A DNA stretch of 64,000 nt, from positions 1 to 64,000 of the forward strand of contig CAWBKB010000001.1 in NCBI GenBank assembly GCA_963789265.1, read 5' to 3'. Positions 1 to 12,047 of this stretch are shown here, piece by piece. A program made the position numbers and the translations under genes. Below the pieces are notes generated by a model. It had not been told where the DNA came from and did no database searches. It saw only the letters and a program-made list of their open reading frames with translations. Positions within the stretch are counted from its first letter, which is position 1. Every line of letters starts with the position of its first letter. This DNA comes from an uncultured delta proteobacterium. Its GTDB lineage: Bacteria > Desulfobacterota > Desulfomonilia > Desulfomonilales > Desulfomonilaceae.

Positions 1-3000
1 TCACTATTGTAGCGCACCTTGCTAAGACATTCTCCACATCAGCATGTATGTCTACAGTTCGCCAGTAGACGACACCTCTTCGGCCACAGCCCACCAGCAG
101 TCTTCGAGGGAGAGAGTGGGCATCCGTCGCGTCACTTGCGGAGATGTTCCAGGGCAACGGCGCACAAATGGTTTAGTCAGCGATCCCCCGCGCAATGTGG
201 GCTTCTCTCATGCGATGACGAAGATAATTAGTGCGACTCATTCGAGCCGGCCGATAGCCTCTTCGTCCTGATTAGAGATCCGACTATGAGCTCTGGAAAT
301 ATTATAAAAAAGCTTGTTCATCGAGGGAAATGCTCTCCTTTCCATCCTTGAATTTTATGTTCATGCCATTTATCTTTAATTCCATCCCGGTACTGCCCAA
401 ATCCAAGGCTTTTCATCATTTTGGTCCTTTCAACAAAGCTTCATCCATGAAACTGGAGACAGATGAAGACTAAGGATTCCTCTGTTGGGAACCCCGGGGA
501 TTTCGATGCCCATCCTGTCAGTTTTTTTGTTTTCTTTTAACGAGACCTTTCGGTTGGCCGAGATCATCCGAGGACCCATCACAGCCCCGTTGAGAGTCCG
601 GCTGCAGACCGGAAACGGATGAGTGCCGCAAAAACCGGGCAAAGCCTTTGTCGTATCCGGAGGTTTCCACGATCTCGACCTTTACGATACCATCAGTGAC
701 GCGTACGGGGATTTAGTCAGCCCATGCCCGTATCCAGTGCCTCGTATCAGGAGCAGTGGTGGAGCAGCGTATTCATATCTCGATTCGAGCAGAATCTTCG
801 TCCAAAAGATCCGCCACGGTGACGGCGGCTAACCCTCGGTCCGGGCCAGGAAGATCTCGAAAACCGATGGACACAGGCTATTTGGATTGCCCTCTGAAAA
901 AGATCTCGATTGACGCGGCCGTGTTAATACCCGGCCTCAATATCTCGTTCTAGAATCCCTGTGACTAAACTTTCCAGTCGTCGACATCTTTTTCGAACCC
1001 AAGTAGCTAGATCCATCTGGCCCCATCCCAATGGTGTGAAATTGCCAGAAAAAGGAGCCTCGGGGCGGTGAGAGCATCCAAGGTCATGAAACAATGTGCC
1101 TAGCAGTAGCCTACGTCGCACATTGTCTTTTGCAGAGCAAGCCGATTCGGTCGACAAGACTTTCAAAGATGGGATAGTCCGTGGTCAGTGAACTCGGCAC
1201 ATTCTACGTTGAGGCGAGAAATTGCCTGGAGCAAGAAACTCAAGAAATCATCGACGTCAACGCCCAGGTCGCATTGGTGGCTTCTGCAGCAAAGTTTCAG
1301 CTCTTTTTTCTATGTGAGGGTTTTGGCCGAGCACGCAATTAGATTCAGTCTCCTCGACAGATACCGCCTTACTTGAATAGGACCTCTAATTCCATAAATA
1401 CCGTCCTATAGCCAATCCTGGCACAGAGTGAACCGTGCCTCTACGATCCGGCGGATTTCAAGTACTTCTGATGACGAGCTTCGAAGTATACAGTCCTTTG
1501 GTGGTTCGGGTTGTCCGAAATCTCGATTTTGGATTATCAGAATTATTCTAAGAGCTAAAGATGCGGCTCGCTGTCAATGGAGCACGTCGCATGACATCGA
1601 CTTACACGACGCCGCGTTATCAGGGGCAGGTTTTGACTATCAGGACATAGTACTCCGTTGAGATGCTCAAGCATTTACATCAGAATGCGATACGATGGGT
1701 CAGCGTCGAGAGGGAAGAAAATGGAAGCCTCGATGATATTGAAGCATTTTGGGATGGAACTTACCTTTTAATAAGTTCCGCTAACCCGGATGAAGCCAGA
1801 GATCCATGGACCTGGTATTTGGAAGCGCGGAAAGCATAAGAAGACGAGGAAGCTCTTGCCCTCCCGCTCATGAGGGGCGGATGAATCGATCAAACTTTTG
1901 AAGACGCGGGGGACAGCCATAGCAGCGGTCGTCACCAATCGAAAGCCATCTCCGGAAACTTAGCTTCGACATTCCAGAACTTAGAGATTTGGGACCTGAT
2001 AATTGCGGAGATGCTACAAAAGATCATTGAGCAATTTGGGGGAGATGGAAAGCGGAAGAATTTTTGCTGAATTCCAGTTTCAAGATGGATTCAACAAGGT
2101 TCGGTCTACGGGAAAACTCAGTTAAAAGACGCTTTGAAAAGCTAGGGGGATCCAGGCTCCGGCCGGCCCTCAAAGGATGCCATGCGCACTTGAGAAGAAC
2201 CGGCGGAACCTGACGGACGCATAACCCCAGAAAAGGCAAAAAAGGCTGCCAAAGGGAGAATCCTGGAGAAGTTGCCTCAAGATTTCAGAGTCCCGTCCGA
2301 TTTCGTGATTCCTTCACACGGTTTCCATGAGCAGTTCCTGCAGGTCGTGGTGGGCAACGATGTACGGTCCTATTTGGAGCTCTGGGGTAGGAGGAGTTGG
2401 GAACAGTACACTCGAGCTCGCATTGCACGAACTTGAGTTGAGAAAAGAATTCCCGTCCTACGATGATCTTGTCTCGAGACACGCCGAGTTGCAAGTTCAT
2501 TAATGAGTGATAGCAATCATTATCCCGAGGCGCTGGGAGAACTCGGGTCACGAAAACCTGACCCCGAACATCTCGGGCAAATGGTCGAGCAATGCGGGCA
2601 TTTCTTCTCAAATGGGAACTCGGGCTGGTTGCTCGAACCGGTCTTGACCATGTGGCCCAGGTGAGGAGCAGGCATGGAGCAAGTCGATGACATCCGCCGC
2701 CGTTCCAGACGGAGTTACGATAGTTTCTTCTTGCAACTCAACCGATGCGGAACCCGCCCAATGGATTACTCAAGAGGAACGTGGAAACAACTTCCCGCTG
2801 ATGAGGTTAACACGCGGTTGGTCTCTAAAAATTCAGCTCGCCTAATAACTCGGCAGTGCCGGGGATGGGGGTGGGTCAGGAGACTCAGCATTCAAGAAGC
2901 GAAAGTCTCAACGACAGCCATAAAACAATGGGAAGCAGCCGAGAGGGAAATGGCTGTGGATGGCACCTACGCTTTCTGGGCGGTATCGGATGGTCACCCG

Positions 3001-3520
3001 CTCCACTTGCGTCACGATCGGATCTATTTGCGAAAACAACTTGCCGCCAATCCCGAGCTTAATATGGATCTTCAGGCCTGCCAGAGCTCAAGACATCGAC
3101 AGTTACTATCGTCGTCTATGGGACGGTATAATCCACGAAAGGGGAAGGCAATTACTTCACCTGATGACAGCATGTCCCTTTGAATTGCGAATCCGGCTTG
3201 CTCGCCTCCCTTGACCCCCAACAAAAAACCGAGCCGAGTGTGTCCAAGCGCTGAGAACGGTCAAACATCTAACTAAGAAGACCGCAAAATGACGCGCCTT
3301 TTCATCCCAGCCTTAGTGCGCAACGGAACCGACCATTGTTATATTCGGATCTCTGCCGAAAACGGCGCTTGGCGTGGCTGCAGACCCCTGGTTCACCAGA
3401 ATACTTGCGTTGGTCACAGTAGTTTCCGCAGCGGCATCGGCGATTCCACGGGATTAATCCAACGACCCGCCGGTCTCGGCAATTTGACGCAATCATCAAA
3501 CGATAATGCCTGTCACAGTT
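1..3520. repeat. Degenerate inverted copy of ~3540-7360 (probable fold-back read/assembly artefact)
   Basis: 14-33 is the reverse complement of 7343-7362 and 1392-1438 of 5784-5830; symmetry centre at ~3515-3545. The left copy has many small indels, and its ORFs are scrambled pieces of the genes at 3.6-7.3 kb. Confidence 0.93.
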
Positions 3521-5618
3521 TGAGATCGTGAGACAATCTCAAGACATCATTAGCATTGTATCGTTTGATGATTGCGTCAATTGCCCAAGACCGGCAGGGT
3601 CCGTCAATTAATCCCGTGGAATCGCCGAGTTCCGCTCGGAGGTGCCACTCCTGTGACCAACGCAAGTATTCTGGTGAACCAGGGGTCTGCCAGCCACGCC
3701 AACGCCTGCTTTCGGCAGAGATCCGAATATAACGAATGGTCGGTTCCGTTGCGCACAAATTCCCTAAGGCTGGGATGAAAAGGCACAAGGCCTAGAGCGG
3801 TCTTCTTAGTTAGATGTTTGACCGTTCTCAGCGCTTGGACACACTCCGCTCGGTAATATCCTTGGGGGTCAAGGGAGGCGAGCAAGCCCGATTCAGGCCA
3901 TTCAAAGGGACATGCTGTCATCAGGTGAAGTAATTGCCTGCCCCTTTCGTGGATTATACCGTCCCATAGACGACGATAGTAACTGTCGATGTCTTGACTC
4001 TGGCAGGCCTGAAGATCCCATATTAAGCTCGGGATTGGCGGCAAGTTGTTTTCGCAAATAGATCCAATCAGGTAACACAAGTGGAGCGGGTGACCATCCG
4101 ATACCGCCCAGAAAGCGTAGGCGAGGTCATCCACAGCCATTTCCCTCTGGGCTGCTTCCATCCTTTTATGGCTGTCGTTCAAGCTTTCGCTTCTTGAATG
4201 CTGAGTCTCCTGACCCACCCCATCCCCGGCATTGCCGAGGCCTAGGCGAGCTGAATTTTTTAAGACCCATTCGCGTGTAGCCTCATAACTCATGGCGGGA
4301 AGTTCTTTCCACGTTCCTCTTGGGGCGTGATCCAGCAATTTTTTGGGCAGGTTCGGCGCCTCCATCGGTTGAGTTCCGAGAACTATCGTAACTCCGTCTG
4401 GGACCGGCAGCAGATGGTAAAGAAGATCATCGACTTGCTCCATGGTACCTTTGTCACGAGCCACATGGTCAAGACCGTCGACAATTACTACCAGCCGAGT
4501 TCCCATTTTGGCAAAGAAATGCCCGCATTGCTCAAGCCATTTGCCGAGATGTTCGGGGTCAGGGTTTCGTGACCCGAGTTCTCCCAGCGCTTCGGGATAA
4601 TAGATCTCCAGATCACTCATTAATGAACTTGCGACTCGGCGGTGCAACGATCTATCTCCACTGCGATCCTCGAGAGCAAGATAATAGTGATGCCGCAGGA
4701 CGGGAATTCTTTTCTCAACTAGAGTTCGTGCAATGCGACTCAAGTAGGTACTTTTCCCAACTCCTGGAGCTCCAAATAGGACCGTACATCGTTGCCCACC
4801 ACGAAGGATGTCCTCCAGGAACTGCTCATGGAAACCGTGTGAAGGAATCACGAAATCGGACGGGACTCTGAAATCTTGAGGCAGACTCTCCAGGATTCTC
4901 CATTTGGCAGCCTTTTTTGCCTTTTCTGGGGTTATGCGTCCGTCAGGTTCCGGCCGGTTCTTCTCTCTTGACCAAGTGCGCATGGCATCCTTGAGGGCCA
5001 GCCAACCCTCTGGAGTTCCCCCTAGCTTTTCAAAGCGTAGCTTAACTGAGTTTTCCCGGTCAACCAAACCTTGTTGATCCATCTTGAAATGGAATTCGGC
5101 AAAAAGTCTTCCGCTTGCTTGCCATCTCCCCCAAATTGCTCAATGATCTTTTGTTTCGTCTCAGCGTCCGCGATCTTGTTCAGGTCCACCAAATCTAAGT
5201 TCTGGAATGTCGAAGCTAGTTCCGGAGATGGCTTTCGATTGGTGACGACCGCTGCTTCGTATGGCTGTCCCCGCGTCTTCAAAAGTTTGATCGATTCATG
5301 CCACCTCATGAGCAGGGAGGGCAAGAGCTTCCTCGTCTTCTTATGCTTTGCGCGCTTCAATAGGTCATCCCAGGTCCATGGATCTCTGGCTTCATCCGGG
5401 TTAGCGGAAAATTTGACCTGTCTTAAAAGGTAGGTTCCATCCCCTCTAAATGCTTCAATATCATCGAGGCTTCCATTTTCTTCCCTCTCGACGCTGACCC
5501 ACTGGTATCGATTCTGATGTAAATGCTTGAGCATCTCAACAACGAAGTCCAAGGCCACTATGTCCTGATAGTCAAAACCTGCCCTGAGTGTTCCCGGCGT
5601 CGTGTAAGTCGATGTCAT
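3513..5618 (-). CDS. PD-(D/E)XK-type nuclease fused to STAND/NACHT-like NTPase (Avs/AVAST-like); frameshifted and 3'-truncated at the fold-back
   Basis: N-terminal GFDYQD...DDI...QVK nuclease motif (5022-5648 ORF); Walker A GAPGVGKST and Walker B VVIVDGLDH (3604-5082 ORF). One extra T in the homopolymer at 5101-5105 fuses the two (EDFFAEFHFKMDQQ). A second shift near GGGG 3682-3685 continues into ...WHLRAELGD...GPCRSWAIDAI up to the fold point. Confidence 0.75.
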
Positions 5619-5826
5619 GCAACGTGCTCCATTGACAGCGAGCCGCATCTTTAGCTCTTAGAATAATTCTGATAATCCAAAATCGAGATTCGGACAAGTC
5701 CGAACCACCAAAGGACTGTATATTTCAAACTCGTCGTCGGAAGTACTTGAAATACCACCCCGGATCGTCAATAAAGACCAAGAGCACGGTTCACTCTGTG
5801 CCAGGATTGGCTATAGGACGGTATTT

Positions 5827-7077
5827 ATGGAATTCAGAGGTCCTATTCAGAAAATAAGGCGGTATCTGTCGAGGAGACTGAATCTAATTGCGTGCTCGGC
5901 CAAAACCCTCACGAATGAGAAACCGCCGACACTGAACAGTTTTCTTGCGGCAAAAGCCCGCCAATGCGACCTGGGCGTTGACGTCGATGATTTCTTGAGT
6001 TTCTTGCTCCAGGCAATTTCTCGCCTCGAACGAAGTTGCAATCTGCCAGAGTTCACTGACCACGGACTATCCCATCTTGAAAGTCTTGTCGACCGAATCA
6101 GTCACTGGACTTGCTCTGCAAAGAACGGCCCCAGCGCAGTCCTGTGCGATCTGCTGGACGTAGGCTCAAGCGAATCGGCGGTGCTACTGCTAGGCACATT
6201 GTTTCATGACCTTGGAATGCTTTCTCACCGCCCCGAGGCTCTTTCTGGCAATTTCACACCATTGGGATGGGGCCAGATGGATCTAGCTACTTGGGTTCGA
6301 AAGACCCATGTCCAACGACTGGAAAGTTTAGTCACAGGGATTCTGGACGAATATGAGGCCGGGCTATTGAGCACGGGCCCTCGCGTCAATCGAGATCTTT
6401 TTCAGAGGGCAATCCAAATAGCCTGTGCTCATCAATACTGGCCCTGGCAGAACGGTTTTCGAGATCTTCCTGGCCGGGACCAAGGGTTAGCGGCCATTAT
6501 AGCCGTGGCGGATCTTTTGGACGAAGATTCTGCTCGATGCGATACGAATACGCTGCTCCACCACCGACAGGGAACCCTCCTGAACATGGGGCACTGGATA
6601 CGGCATGGGCTGACTAAATCCCCCATACGCGTCACTGATGGTATCGTAAAGGTCGAGATGGTGAAACCTCCGGATACCGGCGAAGGTCTTGCCCCGGTTT
6701 TTGCGGCACTCAGAAACCAGTTCCGGCTGACCGGACTCTACAACGGGGCTCTGGATATGATCGGGGCCGCTCCCATCGGAGTCATCTTTCACCCGTCCGA
6801 AGGTCTTCCGTCAGAAGAAAACAAAGAACTAACAGGGTGGAATGAAATCCCCGGGCTTCCAACAGAGGAATCCTTAGTCTTTCATCTGCTCTCCAGTTTC
6901 ATGGATGAAGCTTTGTTGAAAGGACCAAATAATACTGCTGAAAGCCTTGCAGATCGGGGAGCCATCGGGATGGAATTAATAGATCTCAAATGGCATGAAC
7001 AGATAAAATTCAAGGATGGAAAGGAGGCTCGTTCCCTCGATGAACAAGCTTTTTATGCCATACTTCAGGACTCATAA
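5827..7077 (+). CDS. HD-domain protein, HD-CE-like
   Basis: FTDHGLSH, LFHDLGM, RKTH, IACAH, VADLLD and HWIRH motifs; no Hsp90-like ATPase domain visible. Confidence 0.7.
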   Translation: MEFRGPIQKIRRYLSRRLNLIACSAKTLTNEKPPTLNSFLAAKARQCDLGVDVDDFLSFLLQAISRLERSCNLPEFTDHGLSHLESLVDRISHWTCSAKNGPSAVLCDLLDVGSSESAVLLLGTLFHDLGMLSHRPEALSGNFTPLGWGQMDLATWVRKTHVQRLESLVTGILDEYEAGLLSTGPRVNRDLFQRAIQIACAHQYWPWQNGFRDLPGRDQGLAAIIAVADLLDEDSARCDTNTLLHHRQGTLLNMGHWIRHGLTKSPIRVTDGIVKVEMVKPPDTGEGLAPVFAALRNQFRLTGLYNGALDMIGAAPIGVIFHPSEGLPSEENKELTGWNEIPGLPTEESLVFHLLSSFMDEALLKGPNNTAESLADRGAIGMELIDLKWHEQIKFKDGKEARSLDEQAFYAILQDS

Positions 7078-7079
7078 CG

Positions 7080-9818
7080 ATGTCTAATCAGGACGAAGAG
7101 GCTATGGCCGGCTCAAATGAAGAAAGGAGGCGACTGGCGCTTAATTATCTTCGTCATCGCATGAGAGAAGCCCACATGCGCGGGGATGGCTCAACTGTAA
7201 ACCATTTGTGCGCCGTTGCCCTGGAACATCTCCGCAAGTGGCAACGCGAGGAAAATTGCGCTCTCTCCCTCGAAGACTGCTGGTGGGCTGTAGCAATGTC
7301 CTGTTACTGGCTTGTAGACGAGTACATGCTGAGGTACTGTGAAGAATGTCTTAGCAAGGTGCCGGCTGAGGATGAGGGAGCACAAGAGCTGGCTCGGATT
7401 CTCAATGCCGTGGTGAATCTCATCAAGGAACCGCTATCCGAAGCACCCAGCATCCAAGACGACCTCTGGAAGGCCGAATTCCATTGGCTGACCGACGAAA
7501 ACCAGACGGAGGGGATGACTCTCCTGGTATTTGCCATCGAGCTTCTGTGGAGACACCGGCTGTCAAACATGGATTCCTCTTGGCGCGATCTTGCTGCAAA
7601 TTGGCAGGCCAAGGTGAGTGGTTCTGTCCGGCTCGCAGCGCTAGCGGAGGCTCTGCAAAATGTTGTTGGCCGCCTTGCTGTCCAGGAAAAGGTCTTGTGG
7701 CCAGGCCTGAGCGGAAAGGACCCGGATGACTGGTCGGATGAACACGATAGGCCTGAGGTCGGAATTTACAGTGCGTGGAAGGCATGGGTTGCCCGGGACT
7801 GGGATACTTTTGACCGATTGTTGAAAGAGCTTGTGCCAAGTACCTCAATGGAATCTGTTCACGCTGTTCCGCTTTGGCGACTACACGATATGGCACGTGG
7901 AGTAAAAAGCCATCCCCTATATAGGGCTTACTGGGAGGCCCGAGGAGATCCTCAAGTTTTAGGTCTCACCCGCATGAGAGAACGGGTGCTCGCTGGAGGC
8001 TACATTGCGTTTCAGGACATTCGTGACCGTGCCCTAAAGAATTATCTCGCAGCGGTTTGGAGAGAGGGAAGTTCCGAAAACAGAGCCACTGAACGATTTC
8101 ATTGTGTCAGACTGGCAATATTGAATCAAATTGCGGCTCTGAGAATATGGGATTTGGCCTCCTGGCTTCATACGGCGAAACTGATTTCGGAGGTATTCCT
8201 TGAGATAGCGTCCCAAGACGACCGTAGCGGCTATTCTGCTCGCGAGGCCATCTGGTGGACTGTGCTGTCCCTGCATCTGCGAGAAAATGATCCGTTCCTT
8301 AAGCGGGCAATATCGTTACTGGAGCGGACCGATATAGTTTTCACCAGAACGCTTGTCCAGGGATTGATTCTGTCTCGGCCCATTGAATATGGACATGCAA
8401 TGTATGTTTTGTCTGAACTGAGTGATGCCATTCCGGAGGATCTGCTTCCTGAGGTTGCAAAATGGTGGGTAAAATGCGTTCAATTTCGCAATCATTATAT
8501 TCACCCTCTCCAGAATAAACAGGCATTTTTCTGGGGTGAAATTCTGTTGTATATGACTGACGCGGCATCGCTTTGCAAATTTCTACATCCTGGAATGATC
8601 CTGATATCCCAATCGCCAGGGGTATGGGACGAAGACAAACCGGGAATGATCAGAGCATATCTCATAAAAGCTCCTCTGAATCAGGCGAACGAAATAGGAT
8701 TGTCGATGAGACACTCAAGCAGAAAGGCCAACAGAGAAACTATTGCGATCATGCGATCGATATTCGCGAGTGCAGCGCGAGTTAGACACGAACTGACTGA
8801 GCAGGTTGCAGGGGAGACAAGCCCGATCCAGGAGTTTTCAAACAGAGAGCATCCGGAGAGCAGATCCAGGGGGGACAATGAAGCAAGAGGACTTGAAGAA
8901 CTCAAGACAGAATGCAGGAAACGAATTGAGACTTCAACCGATGCGGTTTTTCAGCGGCCTGGAAACGGCCCGTTTCCGATTATGGCTGACATCTACCCAA
9001 ACGGGATCACTGCAGTATCATGGGAACAATCGGATGCAGACCTTGTCCAGCGACTTGTGCAGGCTGTCGACCACTCCAGAGCAACTCACGACGAGAAGGC
9101 TCAATTCTTACTTACGTTGGCACATTTGATACGGGTCGGCGATCCTCATTGGGCAACGTCTATCTTTTCATCCTTCTGTGGTTGGCTTCGATCAGCCGCA
9201 TCAGTCTCAACAGAGGTAGATGAGACGTCTAGCGGTCCTCTCCAAATTCTTCAGTTTCATAGGCGTGGCAATCTGACAATCATGTCTTCACTTGCAGATC
9301 TCGCGAGAGAGATGTCCCGTAGGATACCGGAGCAGGTCGCTGGTCCGGTAGACGCGTGGATCGAGCAATGCGTGTGTTCGGCGGAAATAAGAGCCTTGCC
9401 GAGTGTGATACACTTGGCTATCACCATTGCGCTCAGTAGGCAAGAGTCATTCGGTTACTGCCTGGTACTTTATGTTCACACAATGCTTACCAAGCTGTCT
9501 TGTGCTCACGGCGACGAGGATACGGCGTCTGCACTGATCGAGGTTCTGAACGAGTTTGCATTTATTCTCGGGCTTAATGCTGGAAATGAACGTGTTTTTG
9601 GAGCCGCTAGTGAGGGGCCAAGAGCCTTGTTCCTCCAGGGTCTCGGTCCCTGCCTTGGACCTGTGTCCGGGTCAGATTCTCCGGATGTCCGGCAGGCAGT
9701 AGCATATACCATTCGGGAATGGCAGCGGAGTAGTACAATACCAGAAGAAGTCTCAGGCATTCTTGAGGCATTGCGCAATGACAGGCGAATGAGAGTGCGT
9801 CGGGCAGCATCGAATTAA
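7080..9818 (+). CDS. Large predominantly alpha-helical hypothetical protein with a HEAT-like C-terminus
   Basis: 912-aa ORF starting 2 nt after the HD gene; Leu/Ala/Trp-rich helices; C-terminal DSPDVRQAVA...DRRMRVRRAA HEAT-like motif. Confidence 0.7.
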   Translation: MSNQDEEAMAGSNEERRRLALNYLRHRMREAHMRGDGSTVNHLCAVALEHLRKWQREENCALSLEDCWWAVAMSCYWLVDEYMLRYCEECLSKVPAEDEGAQELARILNAVVNLIKEPLSEAPSIQDDLWKAEFHWLTDENQTEGMTLLVFAIELLWRHRLSNMDSSWRDLAANWQAKVSGSVRLAALAEALQNVVGRLAVQEKVLWPGLSGKDPDDWSDEHDRPEVGIYSAWKAWVARDWDTFDRLLKELVPSTSMESVHAVPLWRLHDMARGVKSHPLYRAYWEARGDPQVLGLTRMRERVLAGGYIAFQDIRDRALKNYLAAVWREGSSENRATERFHCVRLAILNQIAALRIWDLASWLHTAKLISEVFLEIASQDDRSGYSAREAIWWTVLSLHLRENDPFLKRAISLLERTDIVFTRTLVQGLILSRPIEYGHAMYVLSELSDAIPEDLLPEVAKWWVKCVQFRNHYIHPLQNKQAFFWGEILLYMTDAASLCKFLHPGMILISQSPGVWDEDKPGMIRAYLIKAPLNQANEIGLSMRHSSRKANRETIAIMRSIFASAARVRHELTEQVAGETSPIQEFSNREHPESRSRGDNEARGLEELKTECRKRIETSTDAVFQRPGNGPFPIMADIYPNGITAVSWEQSDADLVQRLVQAVDHSRATHDEKAQFLLTLAHLIRVGDPHWATSIFSSFCGWLRSAASVSTEVDETSSGPLQILQFHRRGNLTIMSSLADLAREMSRRIPEQVAGPVDAWIEQCVCSAEIRALPSVIHLAITIALSRQESFGYCLVLYVHTMLTKLSCAHGDEDTASALIEVLNEFAFILGLNAGNERVFGAASEGPRALFLQGLGPCLGPVSGSDSPDVRQAVAYTIREWQRSSTIPEEVSGILEALRNDRRMRVRRAASN

Positions 9819-10462
9819 GTGGGTGAGAGAGTGAGCCCCCTAGCGCTCCTAGATCCCACAAGATCATTCTAGGGGACTATAGTGGCCGGTAAGAGACCCC
9901 TGCCATGTAGCAAGCGTGCGCACCGAGGCGTTCCGTAACCTTCTTTAATTTCCTCCGTGTCTTTCTGTTTAGATCCGCGATCTGGCGAAAGGCTATGCTC
10001 TCTCCACAGTACTCTCTTCCAATCCATCCCCGGCTCCAGGTCAAGCCGCATTCGCTCAGCGGTAATCAGCGCACAACTTCCTTCGCACACCTTCAATGCT
10101 CTCACGGGCACTAATGGCAACCATGATAAGCCCCCGCCATCGGGTCAAGCCTTGGACGCCAAAAGCAGCCCCGTAATCCAGTCCAGAAAACGGATCCGCA
10201 ACGAAGCCCGAGAAGGGTGCAAGGCAGCCTCATCCTCCCCTTGTTGAGGACCTAAGGAGCTCTAAAGCTCGCGAAACTTAATGCGGGCTGGAAACGAATA
10301 CGTTGTAAGCCGGATCACCTTGATCAACCGGTGGTGTCACTCTCATACGGACTTCCCTCATCAAGATATGAGGAGAAAAGTGCTTCCCATTGCCGAGACA
10401 TCATGGGAGGTTTTGCGGCCTCGAACGCGTTCTCCTTTCGACAACGATCGGGAGAAGAACCA

Positions 10463-11377
10463 ATGCAGGGCAATCAAACATGCACTGACAAATCATCCGC
10501 CTCCGAGGCCTCTCCAAATGAGGACAAGCAGGGCCTTTCCTTCTATGAGCGTCAGATCTGCCAGCAGTTTCCAACCACGGAGAATACGCCCTGCGAAGAG
10601 GTCCCCATACCGGCCGATTGCATCGACCGCATATTCCATAAATCTTCGGAGTCAATGGATGAATTACCGGACTCTTCAATTCATTTTATGGTCACGAGTC
10701 CACCATACAATTGCGGTAAACCCTACGATCTCGATCTGAACCTGAACGAATATCTCCAATTCCTCCGCAAGGTACTTGCCGAGACGTTCCGAGTTCTCAT
10801 TCCCGGGGGACGAATGGCAATCAATATCGCGGGCCTCGGCAGGAGGCCGTTCATTCCGTTGCAGGCGCACGTCATGATGCTCGCCATAGAAATTGGCTTC
10901 TTGCCCAGAGGAGAAATTATCTGGGTGAAGGCAAAGGGCAAGGCCGGATCGTGTGCGTGGGGTTCATGGATGAGCGCCAGCAATCCGTGTCTCAGAGATC
11001 TCCACGAATACGTCCTCGTCTTTTCAAAAGCGAGGTTTGATAGAGCCCAGAAAGGGATTTCTACCATAGACCGTGATGAATTCCTGGAAGCGACCACCAG
11101 CGTGTGGTCTATACCTCCAGAGTCTCCGCGACGAGTAAAGCATCCGGCACCCTTTCCGGAAGAACTGGTGGATAGGTTGGTAAAGCTCTACACGTTCGAG
11201 GGAGACATCGCGCTGGACCCGTTCATGGGCAGCGGGACCACGGCCGTAGCGGCCCTCAAAAACTCAAGACATTTCGTCGGATATGAGACTTGCCAGGAGT
11301 ACGTGGCCTCCGCCGAGGCACGTATCAACGGCTTGGCCTTGCCGAAGCCGAACATCTGTGCAGTCGTCTCGGCATAG
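10463..11377 (+). CDS. Site-specific DNA methyltransferase, N4/N6 beta class (probably m4C)
   Basis: Catalytic VTSPPYN precedes SAM-binding DPFMGSGTT; HPAPFPEEL motif; GGAGA RBS before ATG 10463. Confidence 0.9.
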   Translation: MQGNQTCTDKSSASEASPNEDKQGLSFYERQICQQFPTTENTPCEEVPIPADCIDRIFHKSSESMDELPDSSIHFMVTSPPYNCGKPYDLDLNLNEYLQFLRKVLAETFRVLIPGGRMAINIAGLGRRPFIPLQAHVMMLAIEIGFLPRGEIIWVKAKGKAGSCAWGSWMSASNPCLRDLHEYVLVFSKARFDRAQKGISTIDRDEFLEATTSVWSIPPESPRRVKHPAPFPEELVDRLVKLYTFEGDIALDPFMGSGTTAVAALKNSRHFVGYETCQEYVASAEARINGLALPKPNICAVVSA

Positions 11378-11579
11378 CTGTCGTCCGCGAAGGCATCTAA
11401 ATTGTCCGAATCCTTCGCCTGACTGAATTAATCTGGGACTCTTTCGCTGTCTTTCCTTCGGGGCCGTTAAAGCATGAGACCTGCCCAAAATAAGATGATC
11501 TCGGATGAACCGGGAGGTTTTCGGGCCTTAAAAAAGGTCATTTAATAACTGCGAATACTTCGCTCCAGGAGTATTTTTC

Positions 11580-11792
11580 ATGACACGAAGACGCGGTGGA
11601 TATAGAGGCGACAGAGTTTATGTAGTGAAATTCCGTGCGGACGAAGAGTTGAACGCCGCTCTCCAAAAGCTGGCCGATGCGAACCATTCGGCCAAAGCTC
11701 GTGTGGTGAGAGAGATGGTGCTTTACGCTTTGTCCGAGGGGTTCCGAGGCAGCGAAATGTGCTCGGCAAATACTCAATCAGCGGTGGTCTAG
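11580..11792 (+). CDS. Ribbon-helix-helix (CopG-like) DNA-binding protein
   Basis: Alternating beta strand YVVKFR followed by two helices (DEELNAALQKLA; SAKARVVREMV). Confidence 0.6.
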   Translation: MTRRRGGYRGDRVYVVKFRADEELNAALQKLADANHSAKARVVREMVLYALSEGFRGSEMCSANTQSAVV

Positions 11793-12047
11793 AATGCCGG
11801 CCCACGTTTGTGCGGACTTGGAGTTTTAAAGGGTGCAGAACGTCTATCAAGGGCCGATAAAACTTGAGCTGGCCCGCTCTTTGGGCAATCCGAGAGGGCC
11901 CTTATTTTCTGCTTGGCAGTTCTTCCGACGGAGGCTGGTTTTATACTTGTTCGTTGAAATTCACAGCCTTCAAGACATTCACTTTGATTCAGGCCCATTA
12001 GGCTGACTGTCTTTCTGATGAATATCGCAAGAGAGGAGTTTTAGGCC

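Noticed and set aside
19..3531. About 20 short ORFs, some resembling HD or NTPase fragments, suggesting a diversified second copy (e.g. a DGR-like template)
   Set aside because: They are scrambled translations of the inverted copy; the differences are random indels rather than A-specific substitutions, and no reverse transcriptase is present.
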